Shown here one piece after another: positions 34,007-48,520 of a stretch of 64,000 nt of DNA (its first letter is position 1; the number at the start of each line of letters is the position of its first letter). This DNA comes from the human T2T-CHM13v2.0 reference genome, Homo sapiens, in the NCBI RefSeq assembly GCF_009914755.1, contig NC_060947.1. One strand, written 5' to 3'. The position numbers and the translations under genes were made by a program. The notes beneath the pieces are model-generated. The model searched no databases. It was not told where the DNA came from and saw nothing but the letters and a program-made list of their open reading frames with translations.

Positions 34007-37000
34007 GAAGAAGTCTAAGTCTGAGAATCATCAGAATACATTCTTAGTAATATGTTGGAGATGAGTCATACACTAGACCTTGATAAGAGTACAGACTTTA
34101 AATTTGGCTGCCTTTAAAAGATACCAAAAGAACCCATTAAAAAGCTGAAAATCCAATGACATCATTACATCTTTTTGTCTATATGATGTAAAATGTTCAG
34201 CCTAACATTTTAATTGAATTTTATTGTTTATTCTATCACACAGCCCACCCTACCTTTTTGGCTGAATCCAATAGGATAATGAAATATGTTTTCAGTCATA
34301 ACTAACTTATTTATATAGGGCATTCCTGTGTGTAGGCAACATGTGATAACAGGAGCTCTACAAAGATCTGTTGTCCAGGACAAATAATTCTTCAACTGTT
34401 TCTATCTAATATTATAAGAGAAAATATTTTATTGAAAGAGAATAAATAAGATGTAAAATTGCAGTTCGAGAAGAAAGAGAATGCAGGAATTTAAATACAT
34501 CTTTATGTGCAAATGAAGCCACCACTAGAACTTGGAGATTTGGCCAATGAACCATCTCAATGAGAAGGTTTCCACAGTAAGTGGCCCAAGGACCCCCTTT
34601 GATTTATTAAACCTAAGAAGTATGGACAAATTATAAGGCCCAGCCATAAACTCTACATGATTCTCCTCTGTTTGTTAGGCATGACTCAAATATTTTAAGG
34701 TAGTTTCAACTAAACAATATGCCAAATATATGGTTTGTTGGAATTTAAATTTTCACTCTATTGTTTAGGAATATAGGCAGAAATATAGATGCCTACAAGA
34801 AAAAAATAATTAAAAACCTGGATATTCAAGCATATTGCAGTTTGTGAAGGGACAATCAACTCACCTGACAGTTTGCTAACTTTTTTGGATACATAATAGA
34901 ATTTTAAAATAAAATATAAACGTGAGAAAACTTTCTCCAAGTATTATTATTTACTGTGATTAGAAACAGTTGTAAAAAAGTATGAGACAACAAAGAAATT
35001 TCACTTTTATTTTGCATTTCCTTTTAATGTAGGCAACAAAGCAAGTACTTTTGTGCTGAAAATACATCCTACAGATATTTACAAGTTACCTTGCTGTTAA
35101 AAATTAGTTCTATCCATTGCATAATTTCAAATCTCAGAATACCAAATTCCCTTGACAGATACTTATTAACATCAGATTTACAATTTACTCGCAAATCAAA
35201 AGTTTGACTTATTATATTTTCCTCCTAGGGAAAACACTAACTTTAACGAAGTTTTTTGAAGTCATGCTATGAATATACATATATTCCTCCCTTTGCATCT
35301 TTGATTCAGCTGGAGATGTACAAGACATTAATTTCAAATAGCACATAAACCATCTTTACATTCTTTTAGGCTTAATTTTATTTTTTTCAATTGATTTGAA
35401 CTGTGGTAATCTGAACTCCAAGCATAGCAATCTGACTGACTCTGATGCTCTAAATTTTGCACAGCTTGTCTACCCCAGAGGTGCTATTGTCACAAAACTT
35501 GTTAGTAACGAAGTACAGTAAATCCATTCTTACAACAGGATTAATTAATAATCACTGCAAATCCATTCTTACAACAGGATTAATAATACCAAAGTTTCTT
35601 TCTTATGATGTGTCAGGGATAAAATCTTTGGCCCAAACAAGAAATCAAATAATTGCCTACCTTTTCAGTCTCATTTCCTCACTTATACTTTATGCTCCAA
35701 CATTTCCTATTCCCCTTTACTTACTTGTATTCACTATGATGGTGCTTGACTTTGCTACTTTGCTTAATGCTACCTCTGTGTCTGAAAGTTCTTCCCACAA
35801 ACTCAATTATTCAGCCATTAACACTTGGATATTACCTCAGCTCCTCCAGAAAACTTTTTTACTTCTTAATCATTCTCTCCACCTCCACCCAGGCTGATTT
35901 AATTATCATTATAATTCTTCCAGTTCTCTTAGCTCAAGGTATGCATATTTCATTTCTATGGTGTTTCATCTTAAGCACATGAGGCTAAAAAGTAGTTGAA
36001 ATTAAAAAAAAAAAAACCTTCAAAAATACCTTCCGTAGAAGGACGCCCTAGTGAAAGCAGACATTCAACATCCCAGGAACCACCTGATTTGTCTCTTTTC
36101 ACCAATCATGACTAAGATATATTTTAAAGTCTATTTTGATGAAATGACTTGCTGGAGGCATCGTTTGCTTGAATGTAAATTTTCACTCTATTGCTTAGTA
36201 ATATAGACAGGAATTTTGAAATCAGCATGTACTTAACACTGTGAGATTGCTAAGGTTGAGTGCAGAAATAAAGGGTTGATACAGTAACTTTCAAAAGTAG
36301 ATTGTTGGGGGATAGGAGGAGTTGAGTCATATCAGACAGCAAAACAAGTGTGTTGTTTTCTATTGGAAGCCTAATAAATGGCATTGGCATTTGGGAGAAG
36401 GATAATGGCGATAAATGGCATAGCACTTGTTTCTGCCTCTCTGGAGATCATGAAGTCCTCATGATCTCAGTCCTCTGTCTCTGCTGTGATGACATCTATG
36501 AAGCAGCTAGCATAGAGAGTATGGTAAAGAAATGTTTGCTTCTTCACTCTCTTTCCTCTCTTTTCTACATCTCCATATGTTTTAGGATACACTTTGTCTT
36601 CAATGATCTAATCACACTTCAGTGTGGCTGGTCCCACGTGATAGAAAATAGTAATTCACAACAGAATGAAACTGTTGACTTTGTAACCATTTAAACATTT
36701 TATTTTTATTTTTAAAATTATTTTTAGAAATTATTTTAGATACAGGGGGCTCATGAGCAGGTTTGTCCCATGGATATATAGCATGATGCTGAGATTTGGG
36801 CTTTGATTGAACCCTTGATCCAAATAGTGAAACATAGTACCCAAGATAGTTTCTTAACCTTTCCCCTCTCCTTCCCTTCCCCACTTTGGAGTCCCCAGTG
36901 TCTATTTTTCCCATCTTTATGTCCATGTGTACCCAATGTTTAGCTCTCACAAGTAAGAATATGTTAATCCACTATGGATAATAACATTCAGCTGCATCCA

Positions 37001-37538
37001 TGTTGCTGCAAAGGACAAAATTGTGTTCTTTTTGTGGCTGTATAGTATTCTATAGTGTATATATAACACATTTCCTTTATCTAATCGATGATGGGAGGGC
37101 GCCTAGGTTGATTCCATGTCTTTGCTATTGGGAATAGTGCTGTAAGAAACATACAAGTGCAGGTGTCTTTTTAGAAGAACAATTTATTTTCCTTTGCAAA
37201 TATATCCAGTAATGGGGTTACTGGGGTGAATCGTAGTTGTCTTCATAGTTCTTTGAGTAATCTCCAAACTGCTTTCCACAGAGGCTCAACAAATTTACAA
37301 TTCCACCAACAGTGGATTGGTGTTCTCTATTCTCTGCAACCTTGCCAACGTCTGTAATTTTTTTTGACTTTTTAATAATAGCCATTCTGACTGGTATGAG
37401 ATGGTATCACATTGTGGTTTTGAGTTCAGTTTCTCTAATAATTAGTGATTTTGAGCATCTTTAAAGTATATTTGTTGGCAGATTGTATTCCTTCTTTTGA
37501 GAAGTTTCCATTCATGTCCTTTGCCCCCTCCCCCCACC

Positions 37539-37806
37539 TTTTTTTTTGAGACGGAGTCTCACTCTGTCGCCAGGCTGGAGTGCAGTGTCGCGATCTCAGC
37601 TCACTGCAACTTCCACCCCGCCCCCACCCCCACCGGGTTCAAGTGATTCCCATGCCTCAGCTTCCCAAGTAGCTGGGACTACAGGCATGCACCACCACGC
37701 CCAGCTAATTGTTTTGTATTTTTAGTAGAAACGTGATTTCACCATGTTGACCAGGATGGTCTCGATCTCCTGACTTTGTGATCCACCCGCCTCCGCCTCC
37801 CAAAGT
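37539..37806 (-). mobile_element. AluS (Sc-like), slightly 5'-truncated, inside the L1
   Basis: ttttgagacggagtctcactctgtcgccaggctgg...cctcccaaagt, flanked by a ttgccc duplication. Confidence 0.9.
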
Positions 37807-38149
37807 TGCCCACTTTTTAATGGGGTTACTTGTTTTTTGTTGTTGTTAATTTGTTTAAGCTCCTTGTAGATTCTGGATATTAGTCCTTTGTTGGATGTAT
37901 AGTTTCAAATATTTTCTCCCATTCTGTAGGTTGTCTGTTCACTCTTTTGACCATTTCTTTTGCTATGCAGAAGCTCCTTATTTTAATTAGGTTCCAATTG
38001 TGAATTTTTGTTTTTGCTTCATTTGCCTTTGAGGACTTAGTCATAAATTCTTTGCCTAAGCCTGCGTTCAAGAGTATTTCCTACGTTTTCTTCTAGGGTT
38101 TTTATAGTTTGAGGGCTTATATTTAAATCGTTAATCCATCTTGAGTTAA

Positions 38150-38833
<684 letters not shown>

Positions 38834-41800
38834 AATTATGTGTCCATTTTTTCTTACCTGTAACATGCTGTTTTACTTAATATAGCCTTATAGTATAGTA
38901 TAGTTCAGTAATGTGATTCCTCCAGTTTTGCTCTTTTTGCTTAGGATTTCATTAGCTATTCAGATTCCTTTTGGTTCCATATGATTTTTAGAAGAGCTTT
39001 GTCAATTTCTATGGAAAATTACATTAATAATTTGATAGGAATTGCTTTGAATCTGTAGATTGCATTGAACAATGTGGACATATTAACGATATTGATTCTT
39101 CCAAACCATGAGCACAGAATAGTTTTCTATTTTCTTGTCTCATCAACTATTTCTTTCATCAATATTTTGTAGTTCTCACTGTAGACATATTTCACCTTTT
39201 TGAATAGATGTACTCCTGGATATTTTCTTCTTTTTGTCGCTATTATAGATGGGATTGCATTCTTGATTTGGTTGTCAGCTTGAATTCTATTGATGTATAG
39301 AAATGTTACTGACTTTTGTACATTGATTTCATATCTTGAAACTTTACTGAAGTCATTTATCAGACCTAGGAGTGTTTTGGCAGAATGTTTAAAATTTTCT
39401 AAGTATAGAATCTTATTTTCAGTGAAAAGAAATAATTGGTTTCCTCTTTTCCTCTTGAGATGATTTTTAATTGTTTCTCTTGCCAGATTGTTCTGGCTAG
39501 GACTTCCAATACTATATTAAATAGGAGTGATGAGCATGGACATCCTTTTCTTGTTCCAGTTCTTAAAAGGAATTATTCTACGTTTTCTTCGTTCGGTATG
39601 ATATTGGCTGTGGGTTTTTCACAAATTTCACTTATTATTTCAAAGTATGTTCCTTCAGTGCCTACTTTTTTTATGGTTTTTATCATGAAGAGATGTTGGA
39701 TTTTATAGAATGCTTTTTCTACATCTATTGAGATGATCGTATGGTTTTTGCTTTTTAATTTTGATTATGTGGTGAATCATATTTATAGATTTGCATGTAT
39801 TCAACCATCCTTGCATCCCAGGAATAAGTCTACTTGATTGTGTTGTATTATGTCTTTTATGGGCTACTGGATTCAGTTTGCTCATATATTGCTGAGGATT
39901 TTTGCATCCATGTTCATCAGAAATATTGGCGTGTAGTTTTGTTTTTGTCATGTCTTTGCCAGATTATACTATCAAAATAATACCATACCTGCTTATGATA
40001 TCAGGATGATACCATAATCTGGAGGGGTCCCTCTTCCTCAATTTTTTGGAATAGTTTCATTAAAATTGGTACCAGCCATTATATGTACATCTGGTAGAAT
40101 TTGTGTGTGAATTAATCTAGTCCAGGCCTTTTTTTTGGCAGGTAGATATTTTATTACTGATTCAATTTTGTAGCTTGATATTAATCTGTTCAAAGTTATT
40201 ATTTCCTCCTGGGTCAATTTTGACAGGTTGTGTATGGAATGGAATGTATTCATTTTTCTTTTCCAGATTTTCTAGCTTGTGTGCATAGAGATGTTGACAG
40301 TATCTCTGAAAGTCTTTTGTATCTATGTGGGATTGGTTGTAATGTCACCGTTATCATTTCTACTTGTCCTTTATTGGATCTACTCCCATTTTTTTTCTTT
40401 GGTAATCAAGCAAACAGTTTATTGGTAGCATTTATTCTTTCAAAGAACCACTTTTTTTCATTTTGTTGATGCTTTGTATGGTTTCGTAAGTCTCAATTTT
40501 GTTTATTTCTGACGTGATTTAAGTTATTTCTTTTATTCTGCTAGGTTAGAGTTTAGTTTGTTCTTGTTTTTTTCTAGTTCCTTTAGGGGTAACATTAGTT
40601 TATTATCTGAGATATTTCCATCTTTTTGATGTAGGTGTTTAGCAGTATAAACTTTCCTCTTAACACTGTTTTTTTCATATCTCAGAGACTTTGGTACATT
40701 GTGTCACTCGTTTCATTTATTTCAAATAGTTTTGAAAATTTCTGCCTCAATTTCATTGTTAACCCAAAAGTCATTCAGGAGCAAATTGTATTGTTTCCAT
40801 GTATTTTTATGGTTTTGAAAGTTCACCTTGATATGAGTTTCTGTTTTTATTCCACCATAGTCTGAGAGTATGCTTCATATGATTTTAATATTTTTGAATG
40901 TGTTAGGGTATCTTCTACATGTATATGATAATTTTGTATATTCTATGGTTTTGGGGTAGAGTGTTCTGTAGATTTCTATTAACTCCAATTTGTCAGCTGT
41001 CAAGTTTATGCTCAGAATTTCTTTGTGAGTTCTCTTCCTTGATGATCTATCAAATGCTGATGGTGCCATGTTGAAGTTCCCCTCTTTTAATGTGTGAGTG
41101 TCAGTCTTTTTTTGGATCTAGTAGTAATTGTTTTATAAATCTGGGTGCTCCAATGTTTGGTGCATATTTATTTATGATAGTGAAATCTTCCTGTTCAATT
41201 GAGCTTTTTACCATTATATAATGCCATTCTTCATCTTTTTTTTCCTGTTGGTGGTTCAGTCTGTTTTATTTTACATAGGAATAGTGATTGCTGTTCTTTT
41301 TCATTTTCCATTTGTATTGTAGATCTTTCTGTATCCCTTTACTTTGAGCCTAAGGGTCTCATTACTTATGAGATGAGTCTTTTGAACACAGCAGAAGGTT
41401 GGGTCTTGATTTTTTGATTTGCCACTCTGTGTCTTTCGAGTGGAGTGTTTAGGTTGCTTATGTTCAAGGTTATTATTGATAGGTAAGGTTTTGTTCCTGT
41501 AGTGGTCTTGGTAGCTAGTTGCCTTGTAGTCTTGATGTGTAGTTGCTTTATATGGTCTGTGGCTATGCACTTATGTGTCTTTGTGTGGTAGCAGGTATCA
41601 TTCTTTTGTTTCCATGGTTGAAACTTCTGATCTGTAGAGAGTATTTACCTCTCTTCCTCTCACTTTTCTTTCCCTCCTATGGTCTTCTGGAGACCTGAAA
41701 TGTCCCATTATATTGAATTTATTTAAAAACAAACTGTTTTATTGATGCTGCAAAACTGAAAACCTCCCATTTACTGCATATAGCTTAAGACAGTAAGGAC

Positions 41801-44361
41801 TCTGAGATAGGACCCTATTTAATCATTTTCACTTCAAAGTGGATTTTAAATGTAAACAATATTTTACAAGACTCACAAGAAGAAATCAGAGTAAAAATAT
41901 ATCTCAGGGAATTGTACATAATTTTCATTTTCAAAATTTTGTTTTGCAACACTTTTATTTTAAAAGTACAGAATAAGGGCTCAGTTTCTTTCATAGATAA
42001 TGCTGTTTTTAATTAAGAGAACTTTTCCTTATTTATTGACAAATAATGCCATTTCATATTAACGTAATAATTTTTGACTCTGTCTAATGATACATACAAA
42101 TTAGACTTTTGATGTTAATTGTTAATCATCAGTACTAAATGACAACCCTCCAATTCCTTTCATAACTTTTATTATCCTTAATAACACTATTAAAATATAT
42201 TTACTAGAAGTTCACGGAAGGTGTTGGTTCTGTGCAACATAGTAAATTTCAAACATCATTGTGTATATTTAAATGAAGCAATTGAAATACAAAGTGTTTA
42301 ACAGACTTGGAAGAAGTCACAAAAATAATTGGCATTTGAACTCCTGAAAAAGGTCTGCTATCAGCTGGGAAATACTATCATAGTCACTCACAGAGCCAAA
42401 GTCATCTAACTCTGATGATTCAGAGTTTTCTGCTTTTCCAAAGCTTAATTCGCTTCCATTGGGATTTTTAAATTCACCTCTTAAAGTAAGAAAATAAGAC
42501 TTAGAGGTCCAGACAAGGCAACTAGCACTTGCATTATACTATGCAAAAATTGACATTTTAAAAAAAAGCGCAAGTTCAAAAAAGTGTGATCTTCACATAC
42601 TTGTTATTCAGCATGTAATATTAAAGAGTAAGTGGACATATATAAAGTGTAACTGTTGAGGCAACATTGAGATTCTCCAGAAGAAGATGGCATGCTCTTT
42701 CTTATATAAGTTGGACATCTGATATAAACCAAAACCTACTAGCTGACATCAGTCACATAGCTCACCTCTATTCATCATCCATCTTGGAAAGGTACTGAAA
42801 ACCGTAAGACATAATTTGACATGAATGGCACTACTTCTCCAGGGATAATGGGAGATGATTTATGTGCTGAATTTGACAGTGACAAAGAGTAAATCTTTTC
42901 CATATCAAAGCAGTGTCCTCTCATCCCATGACATCTTTACCAACTTACTCAGTCCTACCAAAGTTTTGGCAATATCATAAAAATATTAATCTATTTTTGT
43001 TACTCTAATTAGAAGTTGTGTGAATAAATACTGATAAAAGATGCTACCTACACTCTACTCCAAAGAGCCCAATTATGAAAAGGTACATATAGCATATCTT
43101 TCCAACATTAAAACAACTGGTTTAAAATTAAGTAATTCAAGGTAGAAAACATGGTGACTTGTGGATAACTAACCTGATTACATTTTTTTCCCTTTCAAGT
43201 TAATAAATTTTATTTCACTCAGAACTTTGGTCATTCTCAGAACTTTGGTCATTCTTGAAAGTGGCAAGAATTGGGATTAAAAGATAAAAATCAATCATTA
43301 TGTGTTGTCCTTGGTATAGATAAATTTCTAATCTCATTTGGAAGATAATACTGAGACATATGAAATAATTAGAAAACAAAAGAAGATAATATGGCTGCAA
43401 GTGCCAGATTGAGTACTACAGGAAATTCACCATTTTGATACTACTAGGCCCCATAAACCCATTCTTCTATAGTTGACCTAAACCTTTAAAATGTTTTAAG
43501 CAAAGGATTTCTGCTAAAATAATCTAGTCATATATTTGTTGTTATTTCATAACAAATGAAGATGCTAAATTAACACTGTCCCTCCAATCACACTTGAAAT
43601 AACTCATCAAATAATACTTTAAAACAAGTAAACAAAAAATTTACAAGAGAAGAATTTGTATTACATATAAAACAATACCAGATACATTAGTGGAGAGAAA
43701 AAGTAACATAATCTAGATATATTCTACTGTCCAAATGTTTGTCTCTCTGTCAATAAATTCTGGTTGCTATATTCTCTGCTACTAAAAAACATGATTTCTA
43801 AATCTTAACCATAATTAACTCTAGTGGTATGAAGTGATCAGTAATTGACACCCCTTTTGCACTACTGAGTTCTGAAGCAACTGGGGATTGAAGAAGGATA
43901 AGGTAGCTGAAGAACTAAATGACAACATTATTATTGACGAAATTATTTAAGAATTTGGATTACATGTGTGTCAAAGGTGGAATTCTTAATGCTGAACCTC
44001 AGTCATAGACAGTGTATGGCAAGCTGCTGGCCTCTCTCTGTTTTAGAAGAGCCTGGCCTTCAAAGACTTAAGGCACAAAGCAGCTTAGCAAAATGGATGG
44101 TCCCTGAAGAAAGACTGAGCTTAAAGAGAAAGGGTGAACGTATTGAGTTCTGTATGCCCAATTCTTTGTCTTAAATTTACCAATTGGATAATTAACTCTT
44201 CTTTTTCTGAGTAGGAGGCACAATAAGAGGGAATGCAGAAAATCCAGGAGTTCCTTAACTGATATTTCTACACATAGACAACATTTAGGATAAAAGATTT
44301 TTCAGATATTTTGGCCCTATCCCATTCCTTATAACATTCCACGAAAAGTTAATGCAATATA

Positions 44362-44592
44362 AAAGCACTATGAAGAGTGGTTAAGAACTAAAGCTCTGGA
44401 ACCAGACAGAGATGAGTCTGAGTCTCCACTCTGCAATCTACCGGCTGTGTAACACAAGGCAGGTTAATCATAGAGTTTCCATTTCTCCATCAGTAAATCA
44501 GTTATTTTAAGAGAATTAAGCTAGTTAAGTCATGTGAAACACCATAAGACAGATTATAGCAGACAGTATAATGAAATACTCAATGAATTTTA
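44362..44592 (+). mobile_element. MIR
   Basis: agtggttaagaactaaagctctggaaccagacaga...ctctgcaatctaccggctgtgtaac...tactcaatgaattttag. Confidence 0.75.
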
Positions 44593-46699
44593 GTTTGAAA
44601 GACAAAAATGAGTTTGTGTAATATGATTAAAAAGATGCTTGAAAGCTTCGCCTGTCCAAATAATCTGTCCTGATGCCCTGCCATATTTCTCTAGAATTCT
44701 TATTGTCAGAATAAAATTTTTGTCTTAATTTGAGGTCGTAAATATCCAGAAGACCCTCTTTCAAATTCTTAACTCTTCAGAAAGGTAACCCAGAAGTATA
44801 TAGCATCACTAGATCACAGCAGTTTTTTTTAATTGATTAGTTGGCTAGCAGAGAGTAAGTATCTGAGAGGATTAGGCATGAATATATAAAATTTTGATAT
44901 GGAAGAGGTTTAGGAAAGTTTGGATGATGAGCTTGGTTGTAAATATTCTAAGAACAAGGATCAGGAAGACTTAAAATACCCAACTTTATCTTTTCTATTG
45001 CCATGCCTTGGGCTATTTCAAAATACACCAGAGATATATGTATGTCTAATGCAACTAGCTCTCCCTGAAGTACTGTAATTTGGGAGGTAATAGTATCTGA
45101 TCCATCAGAAGTATTTATTAACAGCCTATTGGAGACCAGCTACTAATTATGCCTTCAAACACATTTTTCAATGATTGTTTTATATTATCTTATGCATAAC
45201 TACTAAATTCTCAAATAGTTGTAAAATCTCCATCTTGTGACATAACCATACTGAATTTACTATACTTCTAAAGATGCTTATATCTGATTTTCACTGCTAC
45301 TCTCCTACTTTGCTTAGCTGCCTAGAAACAGAACTGAACTTTTTATATTGTGATTAAAAACAGAACTCACACAAAGGACATGAGAATCCAACCCAGATGT
45401 TTCCTACTCCCTAATGTAATTTTTTTTCTCATTTAATTACTAGCTCCTGGTTGTTCGCTTTTCTGCCTAGTATCCATTAGTTCCAACTTGCTCAAATAAC
45501 TCTTAGAAAAGAAATGAATTATTATTGTTAAATATATACTTGAAAATGCACATACTTAATAGTCATTTTTAATTGGAGTTTCTTCAATTTATTAGCTAAT
45601 CCATTCTGTTTCTGATCTCTCTGTCATATAATCATAAAGGTTTCCCATCACCAGTGCCCCTTTTTAATCTCTGACTGCTTTTGTGAGCATGAATTCATTT
45701 CACTTTCCTGCTCCCTTTATCTCTTTTCTAAAATTCTTAACTTCTGCAATGGACTCTTATTTAATTCCATTTCCTCTTTCCCCCAGTTTCCAAAACAAAG
45801 TTTTCTTTACCTGGAGATCTTTGAACAGTCCTATGGGAAGCTTCACTGAATTCATCTTGATCTTTGTAATTCCTCTGAAAAAGAAAAATAAAATCTGTTA
45901 TGCTTTAATTATAATCTCCCTTAGGATATGCTGTTCTTCCATAGTCAGGAAGTTTAACACTTCTTCCTAGGAAACTAGAGTCACTAGAGTGCTTAGTTCC
46001 ATCAAATCTTAAAGCATTTTCCATTTGAAATTCCATTTATAACCCAATTTAAGTGGCCTTGGTTACCGGTTTCCTGTTGTCAGAGTTTCCCACATTTCCA
46101 ATTAATTTCCAAGGTTAAAATTGGTTTTCTTCAAAGCCTAGAACTGACTAAGATATATTAGCTTGGCTGCATTTGCTACTCATATATCTAGATGGATTCT
46201 GCCTCCTCAAGCTCAAATGAGTGAAGGGATGTAAGTCTATAAAAGAACAACTTAAACACAGTGGTTTTACTTTAACGTGTGTTAAAAAGAACACATCTAT
46301 AAAACAACACTTAGGAAATGTAGTTAGGATGTTTTGCCAAATAAAAAACATTTTGAACTGTTTTTAATGAATAGGGTGAAATGTGATACACACTTTTATG
46401 TTAAATAAATAAAAATGAATAATACAAAAGCACTAAAAATATTTTCTTAAATAAAACAGGTACTATCTCTCCAAAATATGCAATACAGCATGTATTTCCT
46501 GAAATACTCAACACACACAGTTATGTGTGTGTATACATACAAACACACATGACTTTTGTATGTACACACACACAAAGCATTTATGAGTTTAAAGACTGGT
46601 TAATTTTTTAAATTACTGTTTCTGTTTTGGGTCTCAGAAAAATAGCACCTGTTCTATTTAAACCCTCATCGTTACTTAGTTTGTTAATGCAGACAGAGT

Positions 46700-46900
46700 T
46701 AGTTATTTGCTCCTTTGTGATCCCATGGCACTAATAATATCTGTGAAATAGGACTTATGACATTATAACGTAATTATTTAGTCACAGCTGTCTGTAACTT
46801 CCTTAAGGGCAAAGACTGTATCACATTAATTTCTGCCACTATTCCATCTCTGGAGTCTAGCATAGTAACTGACATTTGTTAGATCTTCAGTATAAATTAA
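46700..46900 (+). mobile_element. L2 3'-end fragment
   Basis: ctgtaacttccttaagggcaaagactgt...gtctagcatagtaactgaca. Confidence 0.6.
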
Positions 46901-46954
46901 AACAAAACCTCTACATTCATTGCTTACTTTGTTAGTCTAAATTGGTGAAGTCAG

Positions 46955-47792
46955 TGATATGGTTTGGATCTGTGCCCCACCCAAATCTCATGTTGAGTTG
47001 TAATCCCCAGTGTGGGAGGTGGGGCCTGGTGGGAAGTGATGAGATCATGGGAGTGGATTTCTCATAAATGGTTTAGCACTATTACCCCTTGGTTCTGTAC
47101 ACTGAGTGACTTCTCATGAGCTCTGGTTGCTTATAAGTAGGTAACATCCCCCCCTTGGTCCTGCTCCTGCCGTGTAAGATGCCTGCTCCTGTTTTTACTT
47201 ATGCCAGGAGTAAAAGCTCCTTGAGGCCTCCCAAGAAGTAGATGCTGCTGTGCTTCCTGCACAGCCTACAGAACCATGAGCCAATTCAGCTTCTCTTCTT
47301 TATAAATTACCTGTTTCTGTTATTTCTTCATACCAAAGTGTAAATGGACTAATCAGAAAATTGGTACTGTATTGAAAAATTGGAGTGGGGTATTGCTATA
47401 AAGATACCTGAAAATGTAGAAGCAACTTTGGAACTAGGTAAAGGACAGAGACAGAGGTTGGAACACTGTGGAGGGCTCAGAAGAAGACAGGAAGAGGAGG
47501 GAAAATTTGGAACTCCCTAGGGACTGGTTAAAGGACTAAAATAAAGGCTGATGAGGTATCAGATGGAGATGAGGAACTTATTGGGGACTGGAGCAATGGT
47601 CACTTTTGTACTGTGTTACCAAAGAAACTGGCAGCATTGTGTCCCTTTCCTAGAGATCTGAGGAACTTGAACTTAAGAGTGATGATTTAGGGTATCTGGT
47701 GAAAGAAATTTCTAAACAGTAAAGCATTCAATAAGTGGCCTGGCTGCATCTAACAACATATGCTCATATGTGTGAGCAAAGAAATGACATAA
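46955..47792 (+). mobile_element. MSTB-like MaLR: LTR 46955-47355 plus truncated internal region, no 3' LTR
   Basis: tgatatggtttggatctgtgccccacccaaatctcatgttg...ggactaatca, then gaaaattggtact and internal sequence to about gagcaaagaaatgac. Confidence 0.9.
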
Positions 47793-48269
47793 GTAGAGGG
47801 ATGGCCTTATCTCTGACTGACCTCTATCTATAATATATCATTACTGACTGCATATAAGGCCTTTTTGAGCTGGGAAAGTAGTGGGTCTCAGAATACAATA
47901 ACAGCTCCTATCTCATTTTCAGACTTTCAGATTCCATGAGAAAAACGAAGCCTTCCTTGAGCTTTCACTCAAAGCAAAAAAGAAGAGTGGCTATATTACT
48001 GCCACTATTTTGGCCACAAATGGGACATTTTTCTGCCTTTGTCTAGCCTAAAAGAAAAGAAATAGAGAACAAGTGAGTGGTGGGGTGGGGAATGGTGTGA
48101 AACACAGTTCTCTGAGAAATGCTCAGGGATAAATGGACACTATTATGGAGATGTCAGGGCAGGCATTGAATCAACTCCTGTGTCTAGAAAGGAACTAAAG
48201 TGAAGCCATGTTTGGCTAGCCTGCATGTTGTCAGTGGCAAGCACATCACTTGGTACAAGGCACACCAGA

Positions 48270-48272
<3 letters not shown>

Positions 48273-48314
<42 letters not shown>
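48273..48314. repeat. (AC)21 microsatellite
   Basis: Perfect AC run. Confidence 0.98.
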
Positions 48315-48315
<1 letters not shown>

Positions 48316-48329
48316 AGTTCTTTTGCTTC

Positions 48330-48520
48330 CAACTCTTTAACGTGTCTCAAATCCATCTACTTTTCTCCATGTTCACTATTGACATCCCAGTTCAGGCACC
48401 ATAATCCCTAACCTGGGCCATTGCAGGAGCATCCTAACTCTCTGCCTGCCTCTGATCTCGCCAAAATGAACTTGTAAACTCCTTTCCCTGACCCAGTCTA
48501 AAACTTTTAATGGTCCACTT
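48330..48520 (+). mobile_element. L2 fragment
   Basis: gtctcaaatccatctacttttctccat...caggcaccataatccctaacctgggccattgcaggagcatcctaact. Confidence 0.65.

Noticed and set aside
35457-35897. 146-aa ORF with repeated KSILTTGLI
   Set aside because: It has a non-ATG start and no recognisable domain. The peptide repeat just reflects the 39-bp-period DNA duplication, and two repeats do not make a CRISPR array.
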